From the NCBI GenBank assembly GCA_049599475.1, contig JBMYOQ010000053.1, positions 1 to 30,611 on the forward strand: a stretch of DNA of 30,611 bases, in the 5' to 3' direction. Under the pieces are notes generated by a model. The model was not told where the DNA came from and made no database searches. It saw only the letters and a list, made by a program, of their open reading frames with translations. This document shows, piece by piece, positions 1-7,531 of this stretch (within the stretch, counting starts at the first letter, position 1; each line of letters starts with the position of its first letter). Origin of the DNA: Opitutales bacterium (GTDB lineage Bacteria > Verrucomicrobiota > Verrucomicrobiia > Opitutales > JABSRG01). The translations under genes were made by a program, and so were the position numbers.

Positions 1-18
1 GGGTCGTCGGCCGCTACC
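1..18 (-). repeat. GTAG-type REP-like element, cut by the window edge
   Basis: Minus strand reads GGTAGCGGCCGACGACCC. Its first 12 nt (GGTAGCGGCCGA) are identical to the minus-strand REP starting at 4466. Confidence 0.65.
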
Positions 19-53
19 TTTGGTTTACGAATGTACTTTTGAGAATTAGTCTA
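15..53 (-). repeat. Repeat/MITE end module, shared with 30373-30411
   Basis: Minus strand TAGACTAATTCTCAAAAGTACATTCGTAAACCAAAGGTA aligns ungapped with plus strand 30373-30411 at 30 of 39 positions. Confidence 0.7.
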
Positions 54-60
54 AATGTTG

Positions 61-87
61 CCGCTTGCCGAGACGGTTCGCCTTACC
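61..87 (-). repeat. Degenerate REP-like palindrome (second sequence family)
   Basis: Minus strand GGTAAGGCGAACCGTCTCGGCAAGCGG: a GTA(A/G) head followed by an imperfect hairpin. Plus strand 52-74 also resembles 30446-30469. Confidence 0.5.
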
Positions 88-162
88 CTTCGTGGTTCCT
101 CTTACAAGCTTAGCGAACTCCATATTGTCATTCCCAACCCATTTACGAAGGAGGCATAGGCT

Positions 163-1323
163 CTAAGCCCGCATTCGCTTTCGATACATCGACGGGCTTG
201 AATCGACCCGCTGTTTGAAGACCACAGCGAAGCGCTCAGCGGAGCTATAGCCTACAGTTTCGGCAATCCGCTCAATACTCCAATCCGTCTCTAATAAAAG
301 CTGTTGAGATCGCCCGACACGCATCCGTGTAAGCTCTTCCTTTGGACTCATAGACAAATTATTTCTAAACCAGTGCTCCAACGTGCGCCTTGGTATTGAA
401 GCACTCCTCGCGATCTCAGATACCGTAATCCCCGAATACACTTCATCGCGCATCACCTGTAATGCACGCCGAATACGCGGATCCTCTACGGCTACAAAAT
501 CGGAAGAGCGTCTCCGTCGGATCCCGCCCGGAGGCAGCAATATCGGTTTTTCAGGAAACGGCTCACCCGAAAGAAAGTGCTCAATCATTTCGCCCGCGCG
601 CTCCCCTATCTGTCGCCATGGAATGGATACAGAGGACAGCTCTGGGGAGGTGAGTTCGCACACCAGGGCATCATCGTTGACTCCCAAGATCGCAATTTCA
701 TCCGGAATTCGAATGCCGAGTACATCGCAGGCTTCAGCACAGGCGCGCCCCAGTGGATCGTGCGCAACAAAGAGGCCCACCGGTTTGGGCAATCCGCGTA
801 GCCAATCATTCAGCGAGTCCGTAGACTCATGCCAATATTCGATGTACTGCCGACGTTGATCCATCTCGCGCCATTGCACTTCGGGTTCATCCATTCCGAC
901 AGCCTGTAAGCCTTCCCGAAAGCCCAAGAGTCTTTGGTTAGTATAATGGGTATCCGTCCCAAAGAATGCGAAGTTGCGCAGACCGTTTCCGACAAAGTGC
1001 TCCGCGGCCAAGCGCCCAACGGCCTCGTCGTCGACATCCACCGTTCCAACTCCTTTCAATGAAACATCTCCGGGCGCAACAACCGTCGGCCATCCCCAAC
1101 TGATTATGGTGTCCGTGATTCCCGGTAGCCACTCCGTCAAAACAGCCTCAGGTTTCCAACGATCCAGCAACCCTTTGAGTTCATCCAGTGGACGATAGAT
1201 ATCGACCAGCCAAAACGGACGCCCTCCTGTCGCGAAGGAACGCAGCCCTGGGACGAGTCGCCGCACATTGATCGAAGAAACCACAATTGCCACCCGGCCT
1301 TCACTGTTTTTGCGCAAAACCAC
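163..1323 (-). CDS. xylR: XylR-family transcriptional regulator (LacI-type sugar-binding domain plus C-terminal AraC HTH)
   Basis: PBP-like motifs (DDEAVGRLAAEHF, LPKPVGLF, IPDEIAILGVND, PELSSV) and an AraC domain (RRTLEHWF, LLLETDWSIERIAETVGYSS, SPSMYRK). Divergent from xylA. The GTG start is uncertain. Confidence 0.88.
   Translation of the reverse strand: MVLRKNSEGRVAIVVSSINVRRLVPGLRSFATGGRPFWLVDIYRPLDELKGLLDRWKPEAVLTEWLPGITDTIISWGWPTVVAPGDVSLKGVGTVDVDDEAVGRLAAEHFVGNGLRNFAFFGTDTHYTNQRLLGFREGLQAVGMDEPEVQWREMDQRRQYIEYWHESTDSLNDWLRGLPKPVGLFVAHDPLGRACAEACDVLGIRIPDEIAILGVNDDALVCELTSPELSSVSIPWRQIGERAGEMIEHFLSGEPFPEKPILLPPGGIRRRRSSDFVAVEDPRIRRALQVMRDEVYSGITVSEIARSASIPRRTLEHWFRNNLSMSPKEELTRMRVGRSQQLLLETDWSIERIAETVGYSSAERFAVVFKQRVDSSPSMYRKRMRA
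1308..1319. promoter_or_regulatory. Perfect palindrome TTTTGCGCAAAA, candidate regulator site
   Basis: 12-bp palindrome at the xylR 5' end, about 100 bp upstream of xylA. Function is inferred only. Confidence 0.3.
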
Positions 1324-1420
1324 AGATTAAACCCGTAAAATACGGTATCTAAATACTCTAAAACAAGCTAATATCTGCAGAATAGGTTAAAAAATCCTCC
1401 ATAAAACCCGAAGAAACACT

Positions 1421-2728
1421 ATGGCATACTTCCCATATATCCCGAAAATCGTTTACGCCGGTCCTGACAGCAAGGATCCCCTTACCTTCAAGCACTATAA
1501 CCCAGACGAAGTCGTTGGCGGTAAGACTATGCGTGATCACATGCGTTTTGGTGCAGCCTACTGGCACTGCATGCGCAATGAGCTCGCCGACCCATTCGGT
1601 GGAGGCACAGCATTAATGCCCTGGGATGATATGTCGGACTCAGTTTCCAACGCGAAAAAGCGTGCCGACGTTTTCTTCGAGTTCCTCGAAAAGATCGATA
1701 TCGATTACTACTGCTGGCACGACCGCGACATTGCTCCCGAGCTGAATGATTTAGGCAAATCAACACAAGCCCTTGGCGAAGTAGTTGATCACCTCGCAGA
1801 CCTTCAAAAGGCATCTGGACGCAAGCTGCTTTGGGGCACAGCTTGCCTCTTCTCACATCCACGCTACGCACAAGGTGGCGGCACATCTCCAAGCGCAGAT
1901 GTCTTCGCATATGGAGCTGCTCAAATCAAGGCAGCTATGGACGGCACTCACAAGCTCGGCGGAGAAGGATACACTTTCTGGGGTGGCCGCGAAGGTTACG
2001 CTACCCTGCTCAACACTGACATGCAGCGCGAGCTCGATCACTTGGCAGCCCTCCTCCACATGGCTGTGGACTACAAAAAGGCAATCGGGTTCGAGGGGCA
2101 GTTCTACATCGAGCCTAAGCCACGCGAACCATCGACTCACCAGTACGATAGCGATTCAGCAGCTTGCTTGAACTTCCTCCGCAGCTACGACCTGCTCGAC
2201 CATTTCAAGCTCAACATCGAGACCAACCACGCGACTCTCGCAGGACACACGATGCAACACGAGTTGCGCGTAGCCCGCGACGCGGGTGCCCTCGGAAGCA
2301 TCGACGCCAACCGTGGAGATGAGTTGATCGGATGGGATACTGACCAATTCCCAACAGATATCTATCTAACTACTTACATCATGCTCGAGCTTCTCGACAT
2401 GGGCGGTTTCACAACAGGTGGATTGAACTTTGATGCAAAACGTCGCCGCGAATCCCACGAGCCAATCGATCTATTCCACGCCCACATCGGCGGAATGGAT
2501 GCCTTCGCACGTGGCCTGAAGATCGCAAACGCGATTCGCGAAGACGGCACACTCTCTAAGATGGTTGCCGAGCGCTACAGCAGCTGGGACAGCGGTATCG
2601 GTGAAAAGATCGAGAAAGGCGGCGTGACTTTCGCCGATCTCGAAGCTTACGCCCTAAAGGCTGGCGAACCGACCCTCATGAGCGGTCGCCAAGAGCTGTT
2701 CGAAAACATTGTAAACCAGTTCATCTAA
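1421..2728 (+). CDS. xylA: Xylose isomerase (class II)
   Basis: Hallmark motifs [31 protein letters not shown] and NFDAK; 435 aa. Confidence 0.98.
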   Translation: MAYFPYIPKIVYAGPDSKDPLTFKHYNPDEVVGGKTMRDHMRFGAAYWHCMRNELADPFGGGTALMPWDDMSDSVSNAKKRADVFFEFLEKIDIDYYCWHDRDIAPELNDLGKSTQALGEVVDHLADLQKASGRKLLWGTACLFSHPRYAQGGGTSPSADVFAYGAAQIKAAMDGTHKLGGEGYTFWGGREGYATLLNTDMQRELDHLAALLHMAVDYKKAIGFEGQFYIEPKPREPSTHQYDSDSAACLNFLRSYDLLDHFKLNIETNHATLAGHTMQHELRVARDAGALGSIDANRGDELIGWDTDQFPTDIYLTTYIMLELLDMGGFTTGGLNFDAKRRRESHEPIDLFHAHIGGMDAFARGLKIANAIREDGTLSKMVAERYSSWDSGIGEKIEKGGVTFADLEAYALKAGEPTLMSGRQELFENIVNQFI

Positions 2729-2741
2729 GGGATTCCTTAAA

Positions 2742-4295
2742 ATGCCTCAATTGCTCGGCATCGACGCGTCGACCCAGAGCTGCAGTGGTATCGTGATCGA
2801 TACTGACAGCGGCTCAGTGGTCGCCGAAGTCTCTATAAACTTCGGCAAAGAACTGCCCCAATACGGTGCACCACAGGGATATATCCCAGATGCCCCAGAC
2901 GGGACAGTACACGCCAACCCTCTCATGTGGTTGGACGCACTCGATCTGATGTTCGAGCGATTGGCGGCCCAATGTGATCTTTCTGAGATCGCAGCAGTCT
3001 CAGGCGCCGGTCAACAGCATGGCTCCGTTTATCTCAATGATCAGTGGGCATCTACGATCGGTTCCCTGAATGCAGGACAAAGTCTTTCCGACCAGATCAA
3101 ACCCTGCCTTTCTCGGGAATCGGCCCCGATTTGGATGGATGCCAGCACCGGTGATTCCTGCAAGGCAATCAGAGATGCCGTAGGTGGAGATGAAGCGGTC
3201 TGCGCAAAGACAGGCTCGATCGCCATCGAGCGATTCACCGGCCCTCAGATACATGCATTTAATCAGCGTGATCCCGAAGGATACGCGCAGACGAAGCGCA
3301 TCCACCTGGTGTCTTCGTTTCTCGCCTCGATTCTCTCTGGTAGCGACGCACCGATCGACACCGGAGACGGAGCGGGTATGAATTTGCTCAACTTAGCGTC
3401 CGGCGATTGGGATCCAGAACTTCTTGAGGCCACCGCACCCGCGCTCGGCGATAAACTCCCCGAAGCAGCTAGCTGCGACACCGTGATTGGAACGACCTCA
3501 AGCTATTTCAGCGCTAAGTATGGTCTGAGCGCGGATATCCCGGTGACAATTTTCACAGGCGATAATCCATCAAGCCTCGTCGGCATGGGGGCGTCTCAGC
3601 CAGGTAAAGTGGTCATCAGCCTGGGGACCTCCGACACATTTTTCGCAGCTATGCCCGGCCTCGCAACGGATCCAAATGGGTGCGGTCACGTGTTTGGCAA
3701 TCCTAGCGATGGATTCATGTCACTACAGTGCTTTTTGAATGGTTCGCTAGCACGCGAAAAAGTCAAAGACCCCCTGGGCTATGACTGGGACAATTTCTCA
3801 AACGCCATCACCTCTACGGCTCCAGGCAACGGTGGAAGATTGATGATCCCCTTCTTCGGGGATGAAATCTCACCGCGCGTCTATCTTGAAGAGCCCAAGC
3901 TCTCGGGTCCCGAGGGCTTCATTTCAGGCGAAGAAAAAGACGAGCAGATCCGAGCATGTGTGGAAGGCCAATTCCTTAATATGGCCAACCGCTCGGCGTG
4001 GATGGAACTCAAGACGGATACAATCTATCTGACTGGAGGTGCCTCACGCTCGGATGCGATCGCGCAAATCGTAGCGGATATTTTCCAAGCCAAGGTAGAG
4101 CGCCTGGCCGTCAGTGGTTCCGTAGGACTCGGCGCTGCGATGCGTGCCGGCACCGGAGCTGGAATCGCCGAACTATCTGATCTCGAAGCACAGTTTTGCC
4201 AACCTGAACCAGGTAGCGCGATCAGCCCAAATGCAGATACAGCTGGCACTTATAGCGAAATGCGGACCGCCTTTGACGCCCTTTTGGAGGCCTGA
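2742..4295 (+). CDS. xylB: D-xylulose kinase, FGGY family, eukaryotic XYLB/Xks1-like subtype
   Basis: Motifs GIDASTQS, SGAGQQHGSVY, ERFTGPQI, LVSSFLAS, FTGDNPSSL, SLGTSDT and TGGAS. Starts 13 bp after xylA. Confidence 0.92.
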   Translation: MPQLLGIDASTQSCSGIVIDTDSGSVVAEVSINFGKELPQYGAPQGYIPDAPDGTVHANPLMWLDALDLMFERLAAQCDLSEIAAVSGAGQQHGSVYLNDQWASTIGSLNAGQSLSDQIKPCLSRESAPIWMDASTGDSCKAIRDAVGGDEAVCAKTGSIAIERFTGPQIHAFNQRDPEGYAQTKRIHLVSSFLASILSGSDAPIDTGDGAGMNLLNLASGDWDPELLEATAPALGDKLPEAASCDTVIGTTSSYFSAKYGLSADIPVTIFTGDNPSSLVGMGASQPGKVVISLGTSDTFFAAMPGLATDPNGCGHVFGNPSDGFMSLQCFLNGSLAREKVKDPLGYDWDNFSNAITSTAPGNGGRLMIPFFGDEISPRVYLEEPKLSGPEGFISGEEKDEQIRACVEGQFLNMANRSAWMELKTDTIYLTGGASRSDAIAQIVADIFQAKVERLAVSGSVGLGAAMRAGTGAGIAELSDLEAQFCQPEPGSAISPNADTAGTYSEMRTAFDALLEA

Positions 4296-4365
4296 TCGAA
4301 GCACATTACATTACGAGAGCTCGTAAGTTCATGTAGGTCCTCGGTTTGCTGAGTGCCACTGGACA

Positions 4366-4500
4366 GGCTGTTTCAAAAAGGTAGCGGCGGACCACTGGGC
4401 CGCCATAGACGCGTCAGCTCCAGCGGCTAAGGCCGAATGACGGCCGCTCAGTGATCGGCCGCTACCAATTTAAGACATTTTACAGAGTTATGAGACACCC
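4366..4500. mobile_element. 135-bp MITE/REPIN-like element: inverted GTAG-REP doublet inside imperfect terminal inverted repeats
   Basis: Ends GGCTGTTTCAAAA (4366-4378) and TTATGAGACACCC (4488-4500) match at 10 of 13 positions as inverted repeats. Internal REPs at 4381-4404 (+) and 4441-4465 (-). Confidence 0.65.
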
Positions 4501-4576
4501 ACTGAGTACAGGGCCCGAAATCGCGGCGGCGACACAAAGGTCGAGACCCGACTTTGCAATAGGCTCATTTTATAGG

Positions 4577-4590
4577 AAATAAGCTTATTT
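4577..4590. promoter_or_regulatory. Perfect 14-bp palindrome AAATAAGCTTATTT, candidate operator
   Basis: Starts 17 bp after a TTGCAA hexamer (4554-4559), upstream of the HAD gene. Confidence 0.3.
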
Positions 4591-4679
4591 AAGAGCAAAG
4601 AATTCAAGTCCATCTGCGCAATCTAGCGGACCATGCGGAGCATATCTAATGAACAAGTCGATTATTCCGTTAATGAGAC

Positions 4680-5465
4680 ATGAGCAAAGCGGATAAAATA
4701 TCCGGACTTCTGGTTGATTTAGACGGCGTCTTATACGTTGGCGGCGAAGTTATTCCGGGAGCCATCGAAGCACTGGATAAATTACGCGAGCAGAGGATAC
4801 CCTTCCGCTTCGTGACCAACACAACGACGCGCACTGCTGAGTCGCTCGTGCGCAAGTTGGGACGTCTCGGGTTTTCCGTAGCCCCGGAAGAAATCTTCAG
4901 CGCAGTGACTGCGACTCTGGGATATTTGAAATCTCAGAGCGAGGAACTGCCGAGTGTCCATGCTGTGGTCAGGGATTCTGTGCTTCCAGAGTTTAGAGAC
5001 TTCCCTAGAGACGACGAATCTCCCGACTTTGTCGTGGTCGGCGATATCGGAGCCAGCTGGTCCTATGGTCTCATGAACCGCATATTCCGCCAGCTCAATG
5101 CAGGCGCTCGCCTCCTAGCGATGCACAGGAATCGGTTTTTCCTATCTGAAGACGGACTCTGCGTCGATATTGGCTGCTTCGTCGCGGGCCTCGAACATGT
5201 TTCAGGGCAAGAAGCTATCGTTATCGGAAAACCCAATCGGGCATTTTTTGAAACAGCATCCAATTCCCTAGGGTGCCCGCTAAGCGAAATAGCAATGATA
5301 GGCGACGATCTGGTTTCCGACGTAGGCGCCGCTCAAGCACTTGGAATGAAAGGCATCCAAGTGCGCACTGGTAAATTCTCCGAAGAACAACTTGAGCAGT
5401 CCGGGGTAACACCCGACGCTCTGGTCGACTCGATCGCGGGTTTACCTGAATGGCTGAGATCCTGA
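4680..5465 (+). CDS. HAD-superfamily subfamily IIA hydrolase (LHPP/HDHD2/NagD-like phosphatase)
   Basis: Motif I DLDGVL, FVTNTT, IGKP, MIGDD..SDV..A, RTGKF. Confidence 0.9.
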   Translation: MSKADKISGLLVDLDGVLYVGGEVIPGAIEALDKLREQRIPFRFVTNTTTRTAESLVRKLGRLGFSVAPEEIFSAVTATLGYLKSQSEELPSVHAVVRDSVLPEFRDFPRDDESPDFVVVGDIGASWSYGLMNRIFRQLNAGARLLAMHRNRFFLSEDGLCVDIGCFVAGLEHVSGQEAIVIGKPNRAFFETASNSLGCPLSEIAMIGDDLVSDVGAAQALGMKGIQVRTGKFSEEQLEQSGVTPDALVDSIAGLPEWLRS

Positions 5466-5521
5466 ATCTCCCAAGCGTTCCAGCGACAATCCGCCTCCCT
5501 TAAAAAACAGGCCTAACGACC

Positions 5522-6532
5522 TCAGTATTCAAAAAGGAGTTTCAAGTACCGATCGAGGAAGCGCCCGACTTGGTACCCGTTGCCTTTCTTGACGAGGGTG
5601 CGCCAGCAGGCCGTTTTCTTCACGAGCTCGTGATCGATATGGATCAACTCAATAGCTCCAGCCGCACTGGGCTCGAGTTCTCCTCGATACCAGGGAGTCA
5701 TGGAAATCGGCATACCGTATTGCGTGAATGAGACATCCCAGCCAACGATTCCTTTTTCTTCTTCAAGAGCACGCCCGAGAAGCATGGGATAGCGCTCAGC
5801 GAAATCGGGCGCCTTGCTCGTGTAGACTCTCACAGTTGCAGCCACAGGCTGGGCACTGATGTGTGCTTTAAAGGAGTCAAACGTCTTGTTGCGAATCGCG
5901 AGGTAAAAGGAAAGCGGATCCATTCCAGACAGATTCATGCCGTTCCAGAGTCCGAAATAATTGGGGTTTTCGTAATCCTGATCCTTATACCAATCATTGA
6001 AGCCATCGCTAATGCGGAGCCCAATTTCAAAGTGCACGTGAGCGCGCTCCTTGGGTATCACATAACTCGCAGACCTCCCAAGCTGCCCAAGCACCGTACC
6101 CGCCTCGACAGCCGTGCCTACAGGGATATCATCAGCGACACTCGCGAGGTGCGCATATAAAGTGTAAACCGGAATATCTGCCTCAGGGTGCTCAACGACA
6201 ACATAACGGCCATACGCACTCCGCGAGGCCACCTTGTTTGCATAAACCACCACGCCCTTCATGATCGAATAGACTGGTTCGTCGGGCTCACCGTTCGGCT
6301 TTCTAAAGATCGGAAACAGGTCGAGCGCCTCATGGAATCGATGCCCATCATTACGCACGCAGCCATATAGGCCTGAACTCACCCGACCACTAATCGTTGG
6401 CTGGATAAATTGAGAAATATCCTCCCCTTCCATGAACGCAGTATTGGACGTCGGCCACACAATCGGCCCAGGAAGTTGCGCCCAAAGTGCTCCTGAAAAT
6501 AAAAGACAGATGGAAATTAGGAGATGTCGCAC
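5522..6532 (-). CDS. M23 family metallopeptidase, secreted
   Basis: N-terminal signal peptide; HEALD (HxxxD), YGRYVVVEH, LYAHL and AHVHFE (HxH). Confidence 0.9.
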   Translation of the reverse strand: MRHLLISICLLFSGALWAQLPGPIVWPTSNTAFMEGEDISQFIQPTISGRVSSGLYGCVRNDGHRFHEALDLFPIFRKPNGEPDEPVYSIMKGVVVYANKVASRSAYGRYVVVEHPEADIPVYTLYAHLASVADDIPVGTAVEAGTVLGQLGRSASYVIPKERAHVHFEIGLRISDGFNDWYKDQDYENPNYFGLWNGMNLSGMDPLSFYLAIRNKTFDSFKAHISAQPVAATVRVYTSKAPDFAERYPMLLGRALEEEKGIVGWDVSFTQYGMPISMTPWYRGELEPSAAGAIELIHIDHELVKKTACWRTLVKKGNGYQVGRFLDRYLKLLFEY

Positions 6533-6539
6533 AATCGGG

Positions 6540-7010
6540 CTACAGCGCTTTTAATGCCTCATTGATTCGCGAAACTAGCTCGGGTAACTCCGAATCTGGC
6601 ACCATCGCAAATACATACAAAACGCCATTATTTATCGGCCCATCGATCCGGCGTACACCAATAGGCTCACCACCAACCGACACAACCAAGCGACCGCCCA
6701 GATTGCTCCCGGTGGTTTGCATCAGGCGCAACTGTCCACGCTTCTTCAGGGTAAATGCAAGCGCCTTCCCCAGTTCTACCTGCACCATGTCCACACGAGC
6801 AATATCCGTCTCCACAAGAATCGGGCTCGTTGCCACGGGGATACTGATATTCCCCTGATCCGTCTTGACCTCTAGATTCTCGAGGTCCCGCATATTGCCC
6901 ATACGCGACTCGATATAGACGCGAGGCAGTGAGCTCGAATCCGTCGACCCGCAGCCGATCATGAACAACCCGACACTGAGGCAAGAGATAATAGAAAGGA
7001 GTGATTTCAT
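6540..7010 (-). CDS. Lipoprotein made of a stand-alone SecD/SecDF P1-head-like domain
   Basis: Lipobox-like FMIG-C20. The segment PILVETDI...TTGSNLGGRLVVSVGGEPIG..IDGPINNG resembles the SecD periplasmic head. No transmembrane domain. ATGA overlap with the upstream gene. Confidence 0.7.
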   Translation of the reverse strand: MKSLLSIISCLSVGLFMIGCGSTDSSSLPRVYIESRMGNMRDLENLEVKTDQGNISIPVATSPILVETDIARVDMVQVELGKALAFTLKKRGQLRLMQTTGSNLGGRLVVSVGGEPIGVRRIDGPINNGVLYVFAMVPDSELPELVSRINEALKAL

Positions 7011-7513
7011 ATAGAGGCTAAATCATCGATTATTGTCTGCACTTTCATAAGTGCTTCGGGCGTCACATCGACAACTGGGACATTATAGGTCTCTTTTGTC
7101 TTCGTATAAATGTATGCTTGGGTTCCGCTCAAACTGCGGGGCGGCACCGCTTTAAGCAATCGCTTGCGCTCCAGCATCAGTGATAGAAAGTGTTTCAAAA
7201 TTTTAAGGTCTTCGACTTCTTCTTTATCCTCGGAATTCTGAGCAAAGAGACTGAGGAACAAATCTTCCGCGGATTGTATCGCTTGCTGTTTGGCTTCGCT
7301 ATCCGTTCCGGGCTGCTTCACCTCGCGCTTCCAGCGTCCCATGATGCTCGATGGCTCGATGGCTACCTCAGCCTCCTCCGCCTCGAGGATATCCATACGG
7401 GCCAGGTCGCCATTTAAATCCACATAAATGAGACATACCACGATGTCTCCTGGCTCGAATTTTTGCCCGCTCATTGAGGACTGACGTCCGAGGCTCTGTA
7501 TTTGCCAATCCAT
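7007..7513 (-). CDS. Hypothetical protein (soluble)
   Basis: 168-aa ORF packed into the operon (18 bp after the MMPL stop, 4-bp overlap downstream). No recognisable motif. Confidence 0.8.
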   Translation of the reverse strand: MDWQIQSLGRQSSMSGQKFEPGDIVVCLIYVDLNGDLARMDILEAEEAEVAIEPSSIMGRWKREVKQPGTDSEAKQQAIQSAEDLFLSLFAQNSEDKEEVEDLKILKHFLSLMLERKRLLKAVPPRSLSGTQAYIYTKTKETYNVPVVDVTPEALMKVQTIIDDLASI

Positions 7514-7531
7514 ACAATTTAAAAGTTAAAA

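Noticed and set aside
383..859. 158-aa plus-strand ORF, and similar short ORFs opposite real genes
   Set aside because: Antisense shadow of xylR with no motifs. The same applies to 8912-9436, 13915-14544, 16191-16832, 17345-17887 and 20355-20888.
4311..4326. Palindrome TTACGAG-AG-CTCGTAA after xylB as a terminator
   Set aside because: Short stem, very small loop and no U-tract, so it cannot be called.
4381..4465. Repeat pair as a mini CRISPR array
   Set aside because: The copies are inverted, there are only two, and no cas genes are present. It fits a REP doublet.
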